This document shows positions 26,160-35,200 of a stretch of DNA of 64,000 nt, one piece after another (within the stretch, counting starts at the first letter, position 1; every line of letters starts with the position of its first letter). Source of the stretch: Alphaproteobacteria bacterium (GTDB taxonomy: Bacteria; Myxococcota_A; UBA796; GCA-2862545). The stretch is from the NCBI GenBank assembly GCA_020632955.1, contig JACKEO010000001.1, positions 403,348 through 467,347 of the forward strand, in the 5' to 3' direction. The translations under genes and the position numbers were made by a program. Below the pieces are notes generated by a model that saw only the letters and a program-made list of their open reading frames with translations, was not told the origin of the DNA and did not search any database.

Positions 26160-26563
26160 CCGACCTGCAGCACGAGCGCCTGGGCTGGTGGTGGATCTGC
26201 GTGTTCGCGGCCCTGGGGCTCGTGCTCGAGACGCTCCACGGCCTGAAGCTGCCGGTCTACCTGGATCCGGCGGCCGGGCCGCGCCGCCTGCTCTGGACCC
26301 TCGCGCATGCCCACGGCGTGCTGCTGGGCCTGGTGCACCTGGGCTTCGCCGCCACCCTGCGCGCGCGTCCCGCCTGGGAGGGACGAGGCAGGATCCTGGC
26401 CTCGCGTCTGCTGGTCGCCGCCGCCGTGCTGCTGCCCGCGGGCTTCTTCCTGGGCGGCCTCGTCATCCACGGCGGCGACCCGAACGCCCTGGTGCTGCTC
26501 ACGCCCGTGGGCGGGCTGGCCCTGGTGGGCGCGGCCGCGCTCACGGCGCGCGCCACCCCGTGA
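26156..26563 (+). CDS. small integral membrane protein, 4 predicted TM segments with intramembrane His residues (hypothetical)
   Basis: The GTG at 26156 overlaps the cytochrome stop (GTGA). Hydrophobic segments are WWWICVFAALGLVL, LLWTLAHAHGVLLGLVHLGF, LLVAAAVLLPAGFFLGGLV and LVLLTPVGGLALVGAAAL. Confidence 0.7.
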   Translation: MTDLQHERLGWWWICVFAALGLVLETLHGLKLPVYLDPAAGPRRLLWTLAHAHGVLLGLVHLGFAATLRARPAWEGRGRILASRLLVAAAVLLPAGFFLGGLVIHGGDPNALVLLTPVGGLALVGAAALTARATP

Positions 26564-26598
26564 GGCGTGAGGCGTGAGGACTCACGGTGCCGCCGACC

Positions 26599-27228
26599 TC
26601 AGGCAGGCGCGGTGAGCACGGAGCCCATGCGGGCCAGGCAGGCCTCGAAGACCGTCAGAGGCTCCTGACCCGACCCGGCAGCACCCTGCAGGGCCAGGCG
26701 TCCTGCGGCCACCACCGTCGCGGCCGCCAGGGCCACCGCGTGGCTGTCGGCCGGCACGCCCCAGCGCGCCGCGATGACGGCACCCAGCGCGGCCTCCGCG
26801 TCCACGGAGACCTGGATCCACACGGCCCGCAGCCGCTCCGTGCCCGTCAGCACGTCGAGGAGGACCGCCGCGTCCTGGGCGTGGACGAGGCCCAGCACCT
26901 CGGCGTGCGCCTGCCTCACCGCGTCGGTCAGGCTGCCCTCGCCACACAGCGCGTCCACCCGCGCCACCACGTGGTCGAGCCCCGCCGTGAGGTAGGGCCT
27001 CACGGCATCCTCCTTCCGCGGGAAGTAGCGGTAGAAGGTCCGCTCCGACACCCCCGCGTGTTCGGCGAGCTCCCGGATGGTGAAGTCGCTGCGTCCGTGC
27101 TGCAGGAGGAGGGCCACCACCGCCTGGGAGGCCGCGAGCACGGCCTGGTCCCGGCTGCTCGGGGCGTCGAACCGCGGCAGGGGGGTCCCTTGGGAGGCGT
27201 CGGGCGTGGGCTCGGGGTGCGTGGGCAT
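26599..27228 (-). CDS. TetR-family transcriptional regulator
   Basis: The ATG at 27228 is preceded by GGGGAGAGG. The HTH is FTIRELAEHAGVSERTFYRYFPRKEDAV. Confidence 0.88.
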   Translation of the reverse strand: MPTHPEPTPDASQGTPLPRFDAPSSRDQAVLAASQAVVALLLQHGRSDFTIRELAEHAGVSERTFYRYFPRKEDAVRPYLTAGLDHVVARVDALCGEGSLTDAVRQAHAEVLGLVHAQDAAVLLDVLTGTERLRAVWIQVSVDAEAALGAVIAARWGVPADSHAVALAAATVVAAGRLALQGAAGSGQEPLTVFEACLARMGSVLTAPA

Positions 27229-27260
27229 CGACCTCTCCCCGGCTCCGTCCACGGCAGATG

Positions 27261-27275
27261 TGGCAGTTTCTGCCA
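27261..27275. promoter_or_regulatory. perfect palindrome TGGCAGtttCTGCCA in the TetR/di-iron divergent intergenic region (candidate TetR operator)
   Basis: 6-3-6 inverted repeat located 33 nt from the TetR start and 32 nt from the divergent ATG at 27307. Confidence 0.45.
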
Positions 27276-27306
27276 GTGCGTGGCATGGAGGCCGGAGGAG
27301 GTCCCC

Positions 27307-28161
27307 ATGTCGACGGCCCTGCGGGCGATGGCGCCCGCGCAGCGGATCCGGTTCCGCGCAGCCTACCTCACCCACCTGCGCGCACGCGACGGCGTGCCCG
27401 ACCTTCGCGAGCGCAGCTTCGACGTGCGCGAGCGCTTCTTCGAGCGCATCGACGCGGAGCCGGTGCGGTGGGAGGGCGCCTCTCCCGTGGATCCGGACGT
27501 GTTCGCCCGCAACCACGTGGCACCGGCACCCGAGCCGGGGCTCGACGCGGCCACGCTCTGGGCCCTGGCCACCGCCAAGGTCAACCGCGCCGAGCAGTTC
27601 GGCGTGGAGATGAAGATCGACCACGTGGGCGACGAGGTCACGAACGTGGACGACCCCTACACCTACATCCAGGTGGAGGAGACCTACCACACCCGCATCC
27701 TGCGGGACGTGCTGGCCACCCTGGGCCTGCAGATGGAGGTGGCCACCCCCCAGGCGGGCACGCGCCTGCTCATCCGCGGCATGGTCCACATGCCCGAGGG
27801 CCTGGCCAACGTGGCCATCCTCTGCGGCGAGATCTTCGGCGTGGCCGTCTTCTCCCTGCTGCTCGACAAGGCCCGCGAGCTCTTCGCGGCCCAGCCCGTG
27901 GTCCTCGAGCGGATGGAGGAGCTCTTCGCCCAGATCCTCGTGGACGAGGTGGGCCACGTCCACTTCGTGCGCAGCACCCTGGGCCCCGCGGGCATCCGCC
28001 TCGCCCGCTGGATGCTGCCGGTGGTCGCGAACGCCACGCTGCGCGACATCCCCGAGCTGGTGGCGCTCTTCGGCCGTGAGGCGATCCTCACGCGGGTGCT
28101 GGCGGCCGACGTGGATGGCGCGGCGGCGGGGTACGAAGACCGGATGGTGGTGGAGGGGTGA
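27307..28161 (+). CDS. ferritin-like/di-iron-carboxylate-type protein (possible AurF-like oxygenase)
   Basis: The ATG at 27307 is preceded by GGAGGAGG. Two E-x-x-H motifs about 90 aa apart (VEETYHTRIL and VDEVGHVHF) lie in helical-looking sequence. Divergent from a TetR gene. Family assignment is tentative. Confidence 0.7.
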   Translation: MSTALRAMAPAQRIRFRAAYLTHLRARDGVPDLRERSFDVRERFFERIDAEPVRWEGASPVDPDVFARNHVAPAPEPGLDAATLWALATAKVNRAEQFGVEMKIDHVGDEVTNVDDPYTYIQVEETYHTRILRDVLATLGLQMEVATPQAGTRLLIRGMVHMPEGLANVAILCGEIFGVAVFSLLLDKARELFAAQPVVLERMEELFAQILVDEVGHVHFVRSTLGPAGIRLARWMLPVVANATLRDIPELVALFGREAILTRVLAADVDGAAAGYEDRMVVEG

Positions 28162-28194
28162 GGCTGGGCGTGGGGGCTCGCGGACTGGCGAGCC

Positions 28195-30090
28195 TCACCG
28201 TTTGCGGGTGGGGATGCGGGCGAGGAGGCCGATGCTCGCACCAACGCCCGCGGCGAACCTCCACTCGACGGGTGCGGAGTTGAGCGCAGCCGGCGCATCG
28301 AACAAGCCACCTGCGGGGTAGAACGTGGTGAACTCGTCCTGACGAACGAAGGGGCCGGAGGACAGGCCCGTCCAGTTCTGGAAAGACTGCCCCGCCACGG
28401 GGACGTCGATATCGACGCGCGCGAACACGGAAAGGTAGCGCCACACATCGGCCTCCAACCCAGCTCCGGCGCGAAGAACGACGAGGTTGTTGCCCGCCAT
28501 CCACGCGGCAACGTAGCTGTCCGGGAGCGGTGAGATCACCGAAGCGATGCTCCGGCCATCCCAGTATGCCCACCCGATACTTGCGGTGGGACGTACCAGC
28601 TTCGCCGGGAGCGGTGCGAAGGTCACGCGGTTGCCGACGTACCAGCTGGGGTCGCTGATGACCTGATCGAGGGAGGCCGGGTCGGGAATCTCGCGTTGCG
28701 GCGCTCCATCGATTTCGGAGAAGAACTGCCATCGGAAGGGAGAGGCAAGCACCCCCACGACAAAGGTCACGTCGAGCCATGGCAGGACGCCGTACCCGAG
28801 CTCGAACTCACCCGCGGCCACGAGATCGTTCACGTTCAGCTGGAGCGCGCTCTGCTGCAGGATGTCCCCACTACGCGGGCTTTGCTGGAACTCCTTGGGG
28901 GTCCCATCCCGCAGGAGCAGGCCCGTATGGTGCGCCTGTCCCCAGGGGCCCTGGCTGAATCGGAACGCGGCGCGCACCAGCACCTGCGCACGCCTTCCTT
29001 GGTCCGGCCGGTGCGCGGCCGCAGCGGATGCGGTCTCTCGCATCGGGGATGACCTAGGCGCGTCCAGGCTCGCGCCCGCGAGCGGCCGGACCTCGGTGCG
29101 CGCGAGGACGACCTCGTTACTGACGAGCACGAGGTCCAGGCTCCATCGCTCGGACGCGTGCGCGGGGAGCTGCTCGACCAGCGTCCACGTGCTGTCGTCC
29201 ACGCGCGACATCCAGCCGAGGTGCCGCCCGCCCTCCTCTACCGCCACGCGTGCTGTCGACGGGACCTCCGAGGACCGCGCCGTGAGCGTGTACGGCTCCC
29301 CGACGCGCGCCGCCTCCAGCTCGACCTCGACGGTGAGGGTCACGCCCTCGAGCGCCACCTCCACTTCCACCTCGGCCTGGTCGGCCTGCACCAGCCGCGC
29401 CCGCGCGAACCGCGTGGTCTCGGCGTCCACCTGCCGCACCTCGAAGACCACGTTCCCCGGGTGGCGTGAGGACCAGTGGAGCACCACGAGCTCGCGGAAG
29501 CCCATGCGCTCCACGCGCGCCACGGCCTCGTCGCGGTGGGCCGGATCGAGCAGCAGGAGCCCGTCGTCGCCCAGCACCGAGGGATCCTCGGCGGCCTGGC
29601 TGCCCTCGGGGAGCGCGCCCAGGAGAGCCGACAGGATCCGGTCCTGGCGCTCCCAGATCCACCCGGGCGCCGACGTCTCCGGGTCCACGAGGAAGAGCAC
29701 CGGGCGCTCGCGTGCCAGCCGCAGCCGCACGATCTGCGCCAGTCGGTCGCCGGCCAGCTCGGGCCAGGTCTCCTCGGAGGGCTCCACCACCACCACATCG
29801 CCCGGCACGACCGGCTCGCCGTCCAGGCGCGCCTCCACCGCCTCCACGAGCGCGGCAGGCGCCTCACGGCGCGTGAGGCAGCCCAGCAGCTTCTCGTCCA
29901 CCTCGTTCGTCTCCACGAGGAGGAGGAGTTGCGCCATTGGCGTGCGGTCCACGAGGTCCATCAGCGTGCCGCACCGCAGGGTGTCGGCGGCGCTCGCCAC
30001 CGTGGACGTGAGGAGCCCCACCAGGACGCCGACGCTGCGCCCCCGCAGCACGAGCCGTCCCCCCACGCTCGACCGTGCCCCCGTCGACAT
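28195..30090 (-). CDS. secreted hypothetical protein with beta-barrel-like C-terminal third
   Basis: The ATG at 30090 gives MSTGARSSVGGRLVLRGRSVGVLVGLLTSTVASAAD, a signal peptide. The C-terminal about 280 aa show alternating hydrophobic and aromatic residues (WYVGNRVTFAP, IGWAYWDG, LVVLRAGAGLEADVWRYLSVFARVDIDV). Confidence 0.68.
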   Translation of the reverse strand: MSTGARSSVGGRLVLRGRSVGVLVGLLTSTVASAADTLRCGTLMDLVDRTPMAQLLLLVETNEVDEKLLGCLTRREAPAALVEAVEARLDGEPVVPGDVVVVEPSEETWPELAGDRLAQIVRLRLARERPVLFLVDPETSAPGWIWERQDRILSALLGALPEGSQAAEDPSVLGDDGLLLLDPAHRDEAVARVERMGFRELVVLHWSSRHPGNVVFEVRQVDAETTRFARARLVQADQAEVEVEVALEGVTLTVEVELEAARVGEPYTLTARSSEVPSTARVAVEEGGRHLGWMSRVDDSTWTLVEQLPAHASERWSLDLVLVSNEVVLARTEVRPLAGASLDAPRSSPMRETASAAAAHRPDQGRRAQVLVRAAFRFSQGPWGQAHHTGLLLRDGTPKEFQQSPRSGDILQQSALQLNVNDLVAAGEFELGYGVLPWLDVTFVVGVLASPFRWQFFSEIDGAPQREIPDPASLDQVISDPSWYVGNRVTFAPLPAKLVRPTASIGWAYWDGRSIASVISPLPDSYVAAWMAGNNLVVLRAGAGLEADVWRYLSVFARVDIDVPVAGQSFQNWTGLSSGPFVRQDEFTTFYPAGGLFDAPAALNSAPVEWRFAAGVGASIGLLARIPTRKR

Positions 30091-30329
30091 GGATGGTGTC
30101 CCCCGCCGCCAGCGCCTCGCGCCGCCTCGGCCATCCGGCCGACGCCACGAGGATAGTCGGCCGGAGGCCACGAGGCCCGCCATCGGCGCTGGCACGGCCC
30201 GACCCCCTCGGGCAGGCTCGGCGGAGCTGTCAGATCGACGCCCGCTCGTCGTCCCAGACAGCATCGACCGGAGCCCACCTGCCCTCCCCCTTCCGCCCCA
30301 CCCCCTTCGCCCGCACCCTCCTCCGCCGG

Positions 30330-31265
30330 ATGCTCCGCGCCCGCGCCACGGAGCTCCACGGCGACCCCGACGCCCGCGTCTCCCCGCTGCTCCCGCAGTG
30401 GCAGGAGGGGCTGCACCCCGCGGTGCGCGCTGAGGCCGAGACCCTCGTGGCGTCGGGCGCCCTCCCCCTGCACGACCACGTCCACGCCCTGCACAGCTCC
30501 CAGGCCTTCGCGCTGAACCTCTTCTTGCCGGCGCGCGTGGGCGATCGCACGGCACTCTCGGCCTTCGTGTCCGACGCCCTGGGCCGGGCGGTGTCGATCG
30601 TCGACGTGGAGCTGGAGTTCATCGGCTCGGGCGACCTCCTCGCCGAGATCCCCGGCGCTGTGCCGGGACCCGACGACCGCGTCACGCAGGCCGACGTGGC
30701 CCTGCACCTGCAGGACGAGGCCGGGCGCCGCGGCCTGCTGCTCGTGGAGGTGAAGCTGTCGGAGGGGGGCTTCACCGCCTGCGGCGGCGCAGGCAGTCGG
30801 GGCAACCGCGACAGGGCCCCCTGCGAGGACGCCGCGATCTTCCTGGCCGACCCGGCACGATGCTACCTCCGCCGTCCCCGCCACGCGGCACGCGACCGTC
30901 GCTACTGGACCCTCTTCGCCGCGCACCACGGCAGCGTCGCCGCCGCCTTCCCGGGCGCGGCCCCGACCGGTCCCTGCCCCTTCGCCGGAGACTGGCAGCA
31001 GCCCATGCGCAACCACGCACTGGCGCTGGCCGCCGTGGAGGCGGGCCTCGCGGACTTCGCCGCCGTGGCCCTGGTGCACCACGACCACAACCCCGACGTG
31101 CCGGGCCCGTGGGACGCCTACCGTGAGGCGGTGGCCGCACCCGAGCTGCTCCAGCGCTGGCCCGCCTCACGCCTCCTCACGGCGCTCGACGCCACGCTCC
31201 CGGCCGCACCCTTCCCGGTCGGGGCGTGGCTGCGCGAGCGGTACCACCTCCCGGAGACCCCATGA
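30330..31265 (+). CDS. predicted PD-(D/E)xK-fold nuclease-like protein (hypothetical)
   Basis: ATG 30330 lies in the frame of ORF 30075..31265. Motifs are HALHSSQAFALNLF, QADVALHLQDEAGRRGLLLVEVKLSEGGF (D...E-x-K) and QQPMRNHALA. The stop overlaps the next start (ATGA). Confidence 0.62.
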   Translation: MLRARATELHGDPDARVSPLLPQWQEGLHPAVRAEAETLVASGALPLHDHVHALHSSQAFALNLFLPARVGDRTALSAFVSDALGRAVSIVDVELEFIGSGDLLAEIPGAVPGPDDRVTQADVALHLQDEAGRRGLLLVEVKLSEGGFTACGGAGSRGNRDRAPCEDAAIFLADPARCYLRRPRHAARDRRYWTLFAAHHGSVAAAFPGAAPTGPCPFAGDWQQPMRNHALALAAVEAGLADFAAVALVHHDHNPDVPGPWDAYREAVAAPELLQRWPASRLLTALDATLPAAPFPVGAWLRERYHLPETP

Positions 31266-32266
31266 CCCAGGACTTCGACCGCCTGGTGTGCGCGCCCGTC
31301 CGCGCCCACCTCGGCCGCCCCGTGCGTCTTCCCTCGGCGGGGGACTGGCGGGTGGACACGGTGCGCGGCGTGCCCACCCTCACGCTCACGCTGCCTCACG
31401 CCACCCTCGGTCGGAACCTCCAGACCACCCACGCCGCCGCACCGGCCTTCCTCGCCTGCTTCGGCTGGTGGCACGGCCGGCTCACGGGCACCGACCCGGC
31501 CCTCCACCTCGACATCGTGGGCGACGAGCCCGCCGACCCCTCCGCGCGACGTCACGCGCGCCGTGCCCGCATCGCCCTGGAGGCCCTCACGGTCGCCCTC
31601 GGCGACCGGCTCACCACCACCGGCCTCGAGGCCGACCCCTGGCCGCGCGTCCCCGTCTTCAACGCTCCGAAGGAGGCCCGAGGCAGCGAGCTCGGCGGGG
31701 GCGGACGGGAGCACCAGGTGGAGGTGCAGCTCGCCGACGAGCCGGAGCACGCGCGCACCCTGCCCGTCGACGACGTGCGCATCGACGGCTTCCAGCGCCA
31801 GCTCCCGCTGGGGCTCTTCGAGGGCACGGTGGCCCACGACGCCCGGTGGACCCCGGGGAACAAGGCCCAGGCCGACCTGTGGGCCACCTCGCCGGACGGC
31901 CGCGTCTTCCACCTCTTCGAGCTGAAGGTGGCCGACAACGACGGACTGGGGATCCTGCCCGAGCTGCTCTGCTACCTGTGGCTGGTGCACCGGGCCCGCG
32001 TGGGGCTGCCCGACGGTCGCCGGCTCACGGGGGGAGGCGCGGGCCTGGACGCCGCGCGCCGCGCCGAGCGTCTCGTGGGATGGACGCTGGCGCCCGACCT
32101 CCACCCCCTGCTCGGCACCCCCGACGCCACGCCGCTCTCGTGGATCGCCGAGGGGCTGCGTCCCCACATGGACCTCGGGATGCTCGGCTTCCACGACCCC
32201 GGCGGGCCGCGAGGCTTCGGCGGCTGGCGGCCCGAGCGCACCTGGCGGTCGTGGGCCGCGGCCTAG
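31262..32266 (+). CDS. hypothetical protein: unknown N-terminal half plus C-terminal PD-(D/E)xK-like nuclease domain
   Basis: ATG 31262 lies in the frame of ORF 31226..32266. EHQVEVQL...FQRQLPLGLFEG...KAQADLWATSPDGRVFHLFELKVADNDGLGILPELLCY fits the E...D...E-x-K...Q/Y layout of restriction-endonuclease-fold domains. Confidence 0.62.
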   Translation: MTQDFDRLVCAPVRAHLGRPVRLPSAGDWRVDTVRGVPTLTLTLPHATLGRNLQTTHAAAPAFLACFGWWHGRLTGTDPALHLDIVGDEPADPSARRHARRARIALEALTVALGDRLTTTGLEADPWPRVPVFNAPKEARGSELGGGGREHQVEVQLADEPEHARTLPVDDVRIDGFQRQLPLGLFEGTVAHDARWTPGNKAQADLWATSPDGRVFHLFELKVADNDGLGILPELLCYLWLVHRARVGLPDGRRLTGGGAGLDAARRAERLVGWTLAPDLHPLLGTPDATPLSWIAEGLRPHMDLGMLGFHDPGGPRGFGGWRPERTWRSWAAA

Positions 32267-35200
32267 GCGACGGCCCGGCCCTTCGACATCACCCAGGCGG
32301 GCACGGGGCGTTCCAGCGTCCACACGATCTGCATGGGACGCGCGCCGCCGTGACGCTCGTAGTGGGCCCACCCGAGGCAGGTGAAGGGCAGGGTCTCGCC
32401 GCGCTCGTCCTTGGGGCGCTCCCGCACCAGGAGCAGCACCCGGCTGCCGCGGGCGTCGTGCTCCACGTACCGTCGGCCCACGGGGGTGCCGTCGTGCGTG
32501 TGGTTCTGGGACTCCCAGTGGAAGCGCGTGGGCGAGATCGGGTAGTCCGCGTAGCGGATCGAGGGGGTGAAGGCGTCGTCGCTCTTGTCGAGCGTGACGA
32601 AGAAGGCGTCGGTGGCGGCCTCCTCCACCCACACCGGGCCCTCACGCGACTCACGCAGCCGTCCCTTCGCCGTGGCGCCGAAGGCCGCCACCAGCTCGGC
32701 GCGGGTGTACGTGGCGTGGCTGCACATGGGCAGGGCGGGATCGCCCAGGTCCCGCGGCGTGTGCCGCACACGGTCGCGGAGCACGCCCAGCAGCTCGGCC
32801 AGCTCCTCGCGGGCCACGTCGTGGGACCAGAAGGCGTCGAGCTCCTCCTGGAGCTCCACCAGCGGTCGCCGCCGATCGCCCACCGACACCCAGAGCATGC
32901 GCGCCAGCGCGAGGTCTCGGGGCGTGAGGCGGTCGACGCGCGGTGCGTTGGACGCCATGAGCCAGCGCCGCCACGTGGTGAGGCGGGGCTCGTCGTCCAC
33001 GTGGCGCAGGCGGCCCACCCGCTTGCGGAGCGCCAGATCCTCGGCCGTGGACTCGCGACGCTCGAAGCCCGCGTCCCGCCGTAGCAGCGACCAGGAGCGT
33101 CCGGTCCCCGTCTGGGGCTGGAAGACGTCGTCGAGGTCCGCGTCGGTGTGCCGCAGCAGGTCGGCCAGACCCGTCCGCGGTCCGAGCCGCTGCAGGTCGT
33201 GCACCAGCAGGCGCCAACCCGCCGAGCCCACCACCTTCTGGATGCCGTCGAGCACGAGCCGCTCGGCCTGCTCCTCCAGCTGGATGGCACACCCCGGCGG
33301 CAGTCGGGGGAAGCCCCGCTCCACCTGGTCGCGCACCTGCTTGCGCGTGCCCCCGAGCAGCGCGCGGTACCGCACCTCGTAGCGGTAGTCCTGGTGCACC
33401 TGCCCCACGAGGTCGAGCACCACGAGCTGGCTCTTGCCCGGGTGCCGCCGCAGGCCACGCCCGAGCTGCTGCAGGAAGACCGTGGCGCTCTCGGTGGGAC
33501 GGAGGAAGAGCACCGTGTCGACCTCGGGGAGGTCCACGCCCTCGTTGAACAGATCCACCGTGAACACCAGCTGCAGGGCGCCGGACCGCAGATCCCGGAT
33601 CGCCGCGCGACGGTCCTCACGCGGGGTGCCTCCGTGCAGCGCCACCGCGGCCAGGCCGTGCTCACGGCTCACGCGGGCCATGAGCTCGGCGTGCCCCACG
33701 CCCACGCAGAAGCCCAGCGCGCGCATGCGCCGGGGGTCGGCCACGTGGCGCTCCACGGCCTGGAGCACCTGCCGCGCGCGGAGGTGGTCGCCCGTGTAGA
33801 GCCGATCCAGCTCGCCCACGTCGAGACGACCGCGACGCCATGCGACCGCCGCCGAGCCGGGGTCGTGCACGCCGAAGTAGTGGAAGGGCGCCAGCAGGCC
33901 CTCCTCCAGCGCGTCCCAGAGGCGGATCTCGGCGGCGATGCGGTGGTCGAACCAGTGGAGCACCGAGCGGCCGTCCGCACGCTCGGGGGTGGCCGTGAGG
34001 CCCAGCAGGATCGTGGGGGCCAGCCGCTGCAGCAGCGCGTCGTAGGTGGGGGCGGCCGCGTGGTGGAACTCGTCCACCACCACCATGTCGAAGGCCGCGG
34101 CGTCGAGGGCGGCCACCGCGTCGGCGCCCAGGCTCTGGATCGAGGCGAAGACGTGCCGCCCCCGCTCGGGACGCGCGCCGTCCACCAGCAGCTCGCCGAA
34201 GCCGGGGTCCTTGAGCACGGTGCGGAAGACCAGCAGCGCCTGCTCGAGGATCTCCTTGCGGTGGGCCACGAAGAGCAGGCTGTCCACCGTGCCCTCGGCC
34301 CGCAGCCGGCGGTAGTCGAAGGCCGAGACCCAGGTCTTGCCCGTGCCGGTGGCCGCCACGACGAGGTTGTGGGCGTGGCCGTGGGCGCGCTCGGCCTCCA
34401 GCGCGTCCAGCACGCGCTCCTGGTGGCGCTTGGGTGACGCATCGATCACCAGGAAGGCCTGGTCGAGCGCCCCCGACTCGCCGCGAGCCCGCGACAGCGA
34501 GCGCTGCAGCCGCTCGGCGTGGGCCTCGGGGTGGTGGTCCTCGGGCCCCAGGGCCTCCCAGAACTGGGTGAAGGCCTGGTCGAAGCGCTCCAGCAGCGCG
34601 GGCGTGGCCACCTCGGTCACCCGCACGTTCCACTCGGCGCCGTCGGTGAGCGCCGACCGGGAGAGGTTCGACGAGCCGATGTAGGCCGTGGACAGGCCGC
34701 TGGCGCGGTGGAAGAGCCAGGCCTTGGCGTGCAGGCGGGTGCCGTCCTCCTCGTACGCGAGGCGCACCCGGGCCCCCAGGCGGCAGAGCTCCTTCACGGC
34801 ACGGGCGTCGGTGGCGCCCACGTAGGTGGAGGCCACGAGGCGCAGCTCCCCCCCGCGCTCGACGAAGCGCCGAAGTGCCTGCTCCAGCAGCTTGAACCCG
34901 GAGAACTTCAGGAAGGCGACGATGGCGTCGACCCGGTCGGCGCTGGCGATCTCGCGCTCCAGCTCGTGGAAGAGCGAGACGTCCTGGGCCCCGTTGAAGA
35001 GCAGCGCCGGGTGCACCAGCCCGTGCTCGGGCCGCGGCGGCGGCACCGGCGTGGCGAGCCCTGGGTTCTCGGGTGCCACCCAGAGCAGGGCGTCCCGGGT
35101 CGCGGCGGGCGTGTCGGCCGCGAGGTCGACCACCTCGGCGGGCAGCGTCTCGAGGACCCGGCGCACGAGGTCCACGCGCGCGTCGATGCCACCCTCCGCG

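Noticed and set aside
26560-26585. Tandem heptamer GTGAGGC GTGAGGC GTGAGGA followed by CTCAC at the convergent junction after the 4-TM gene
   Set aside because: There are only three short copies, and the CGTGAG-ga-CTCACG hairpin has a 6-bp stem with a 2-nt loop. That is too weak to call a terminator or a regulatory repeat. I note it only as a curiosity overlapping the TGA stop.
29043-29043. Possibility that the low-GC 3' part of gene 28195..30090 is a separate gene starting at the internal ATG (MRETASAAAAHRP...)
   Set aside because: There is no stop codon between the two parts, no RBS-like sequence, and no signal peptide on the putative second product, which looks like an exported barrel domain. 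It is kept as one CDS, with the compositional break reported as a finding.
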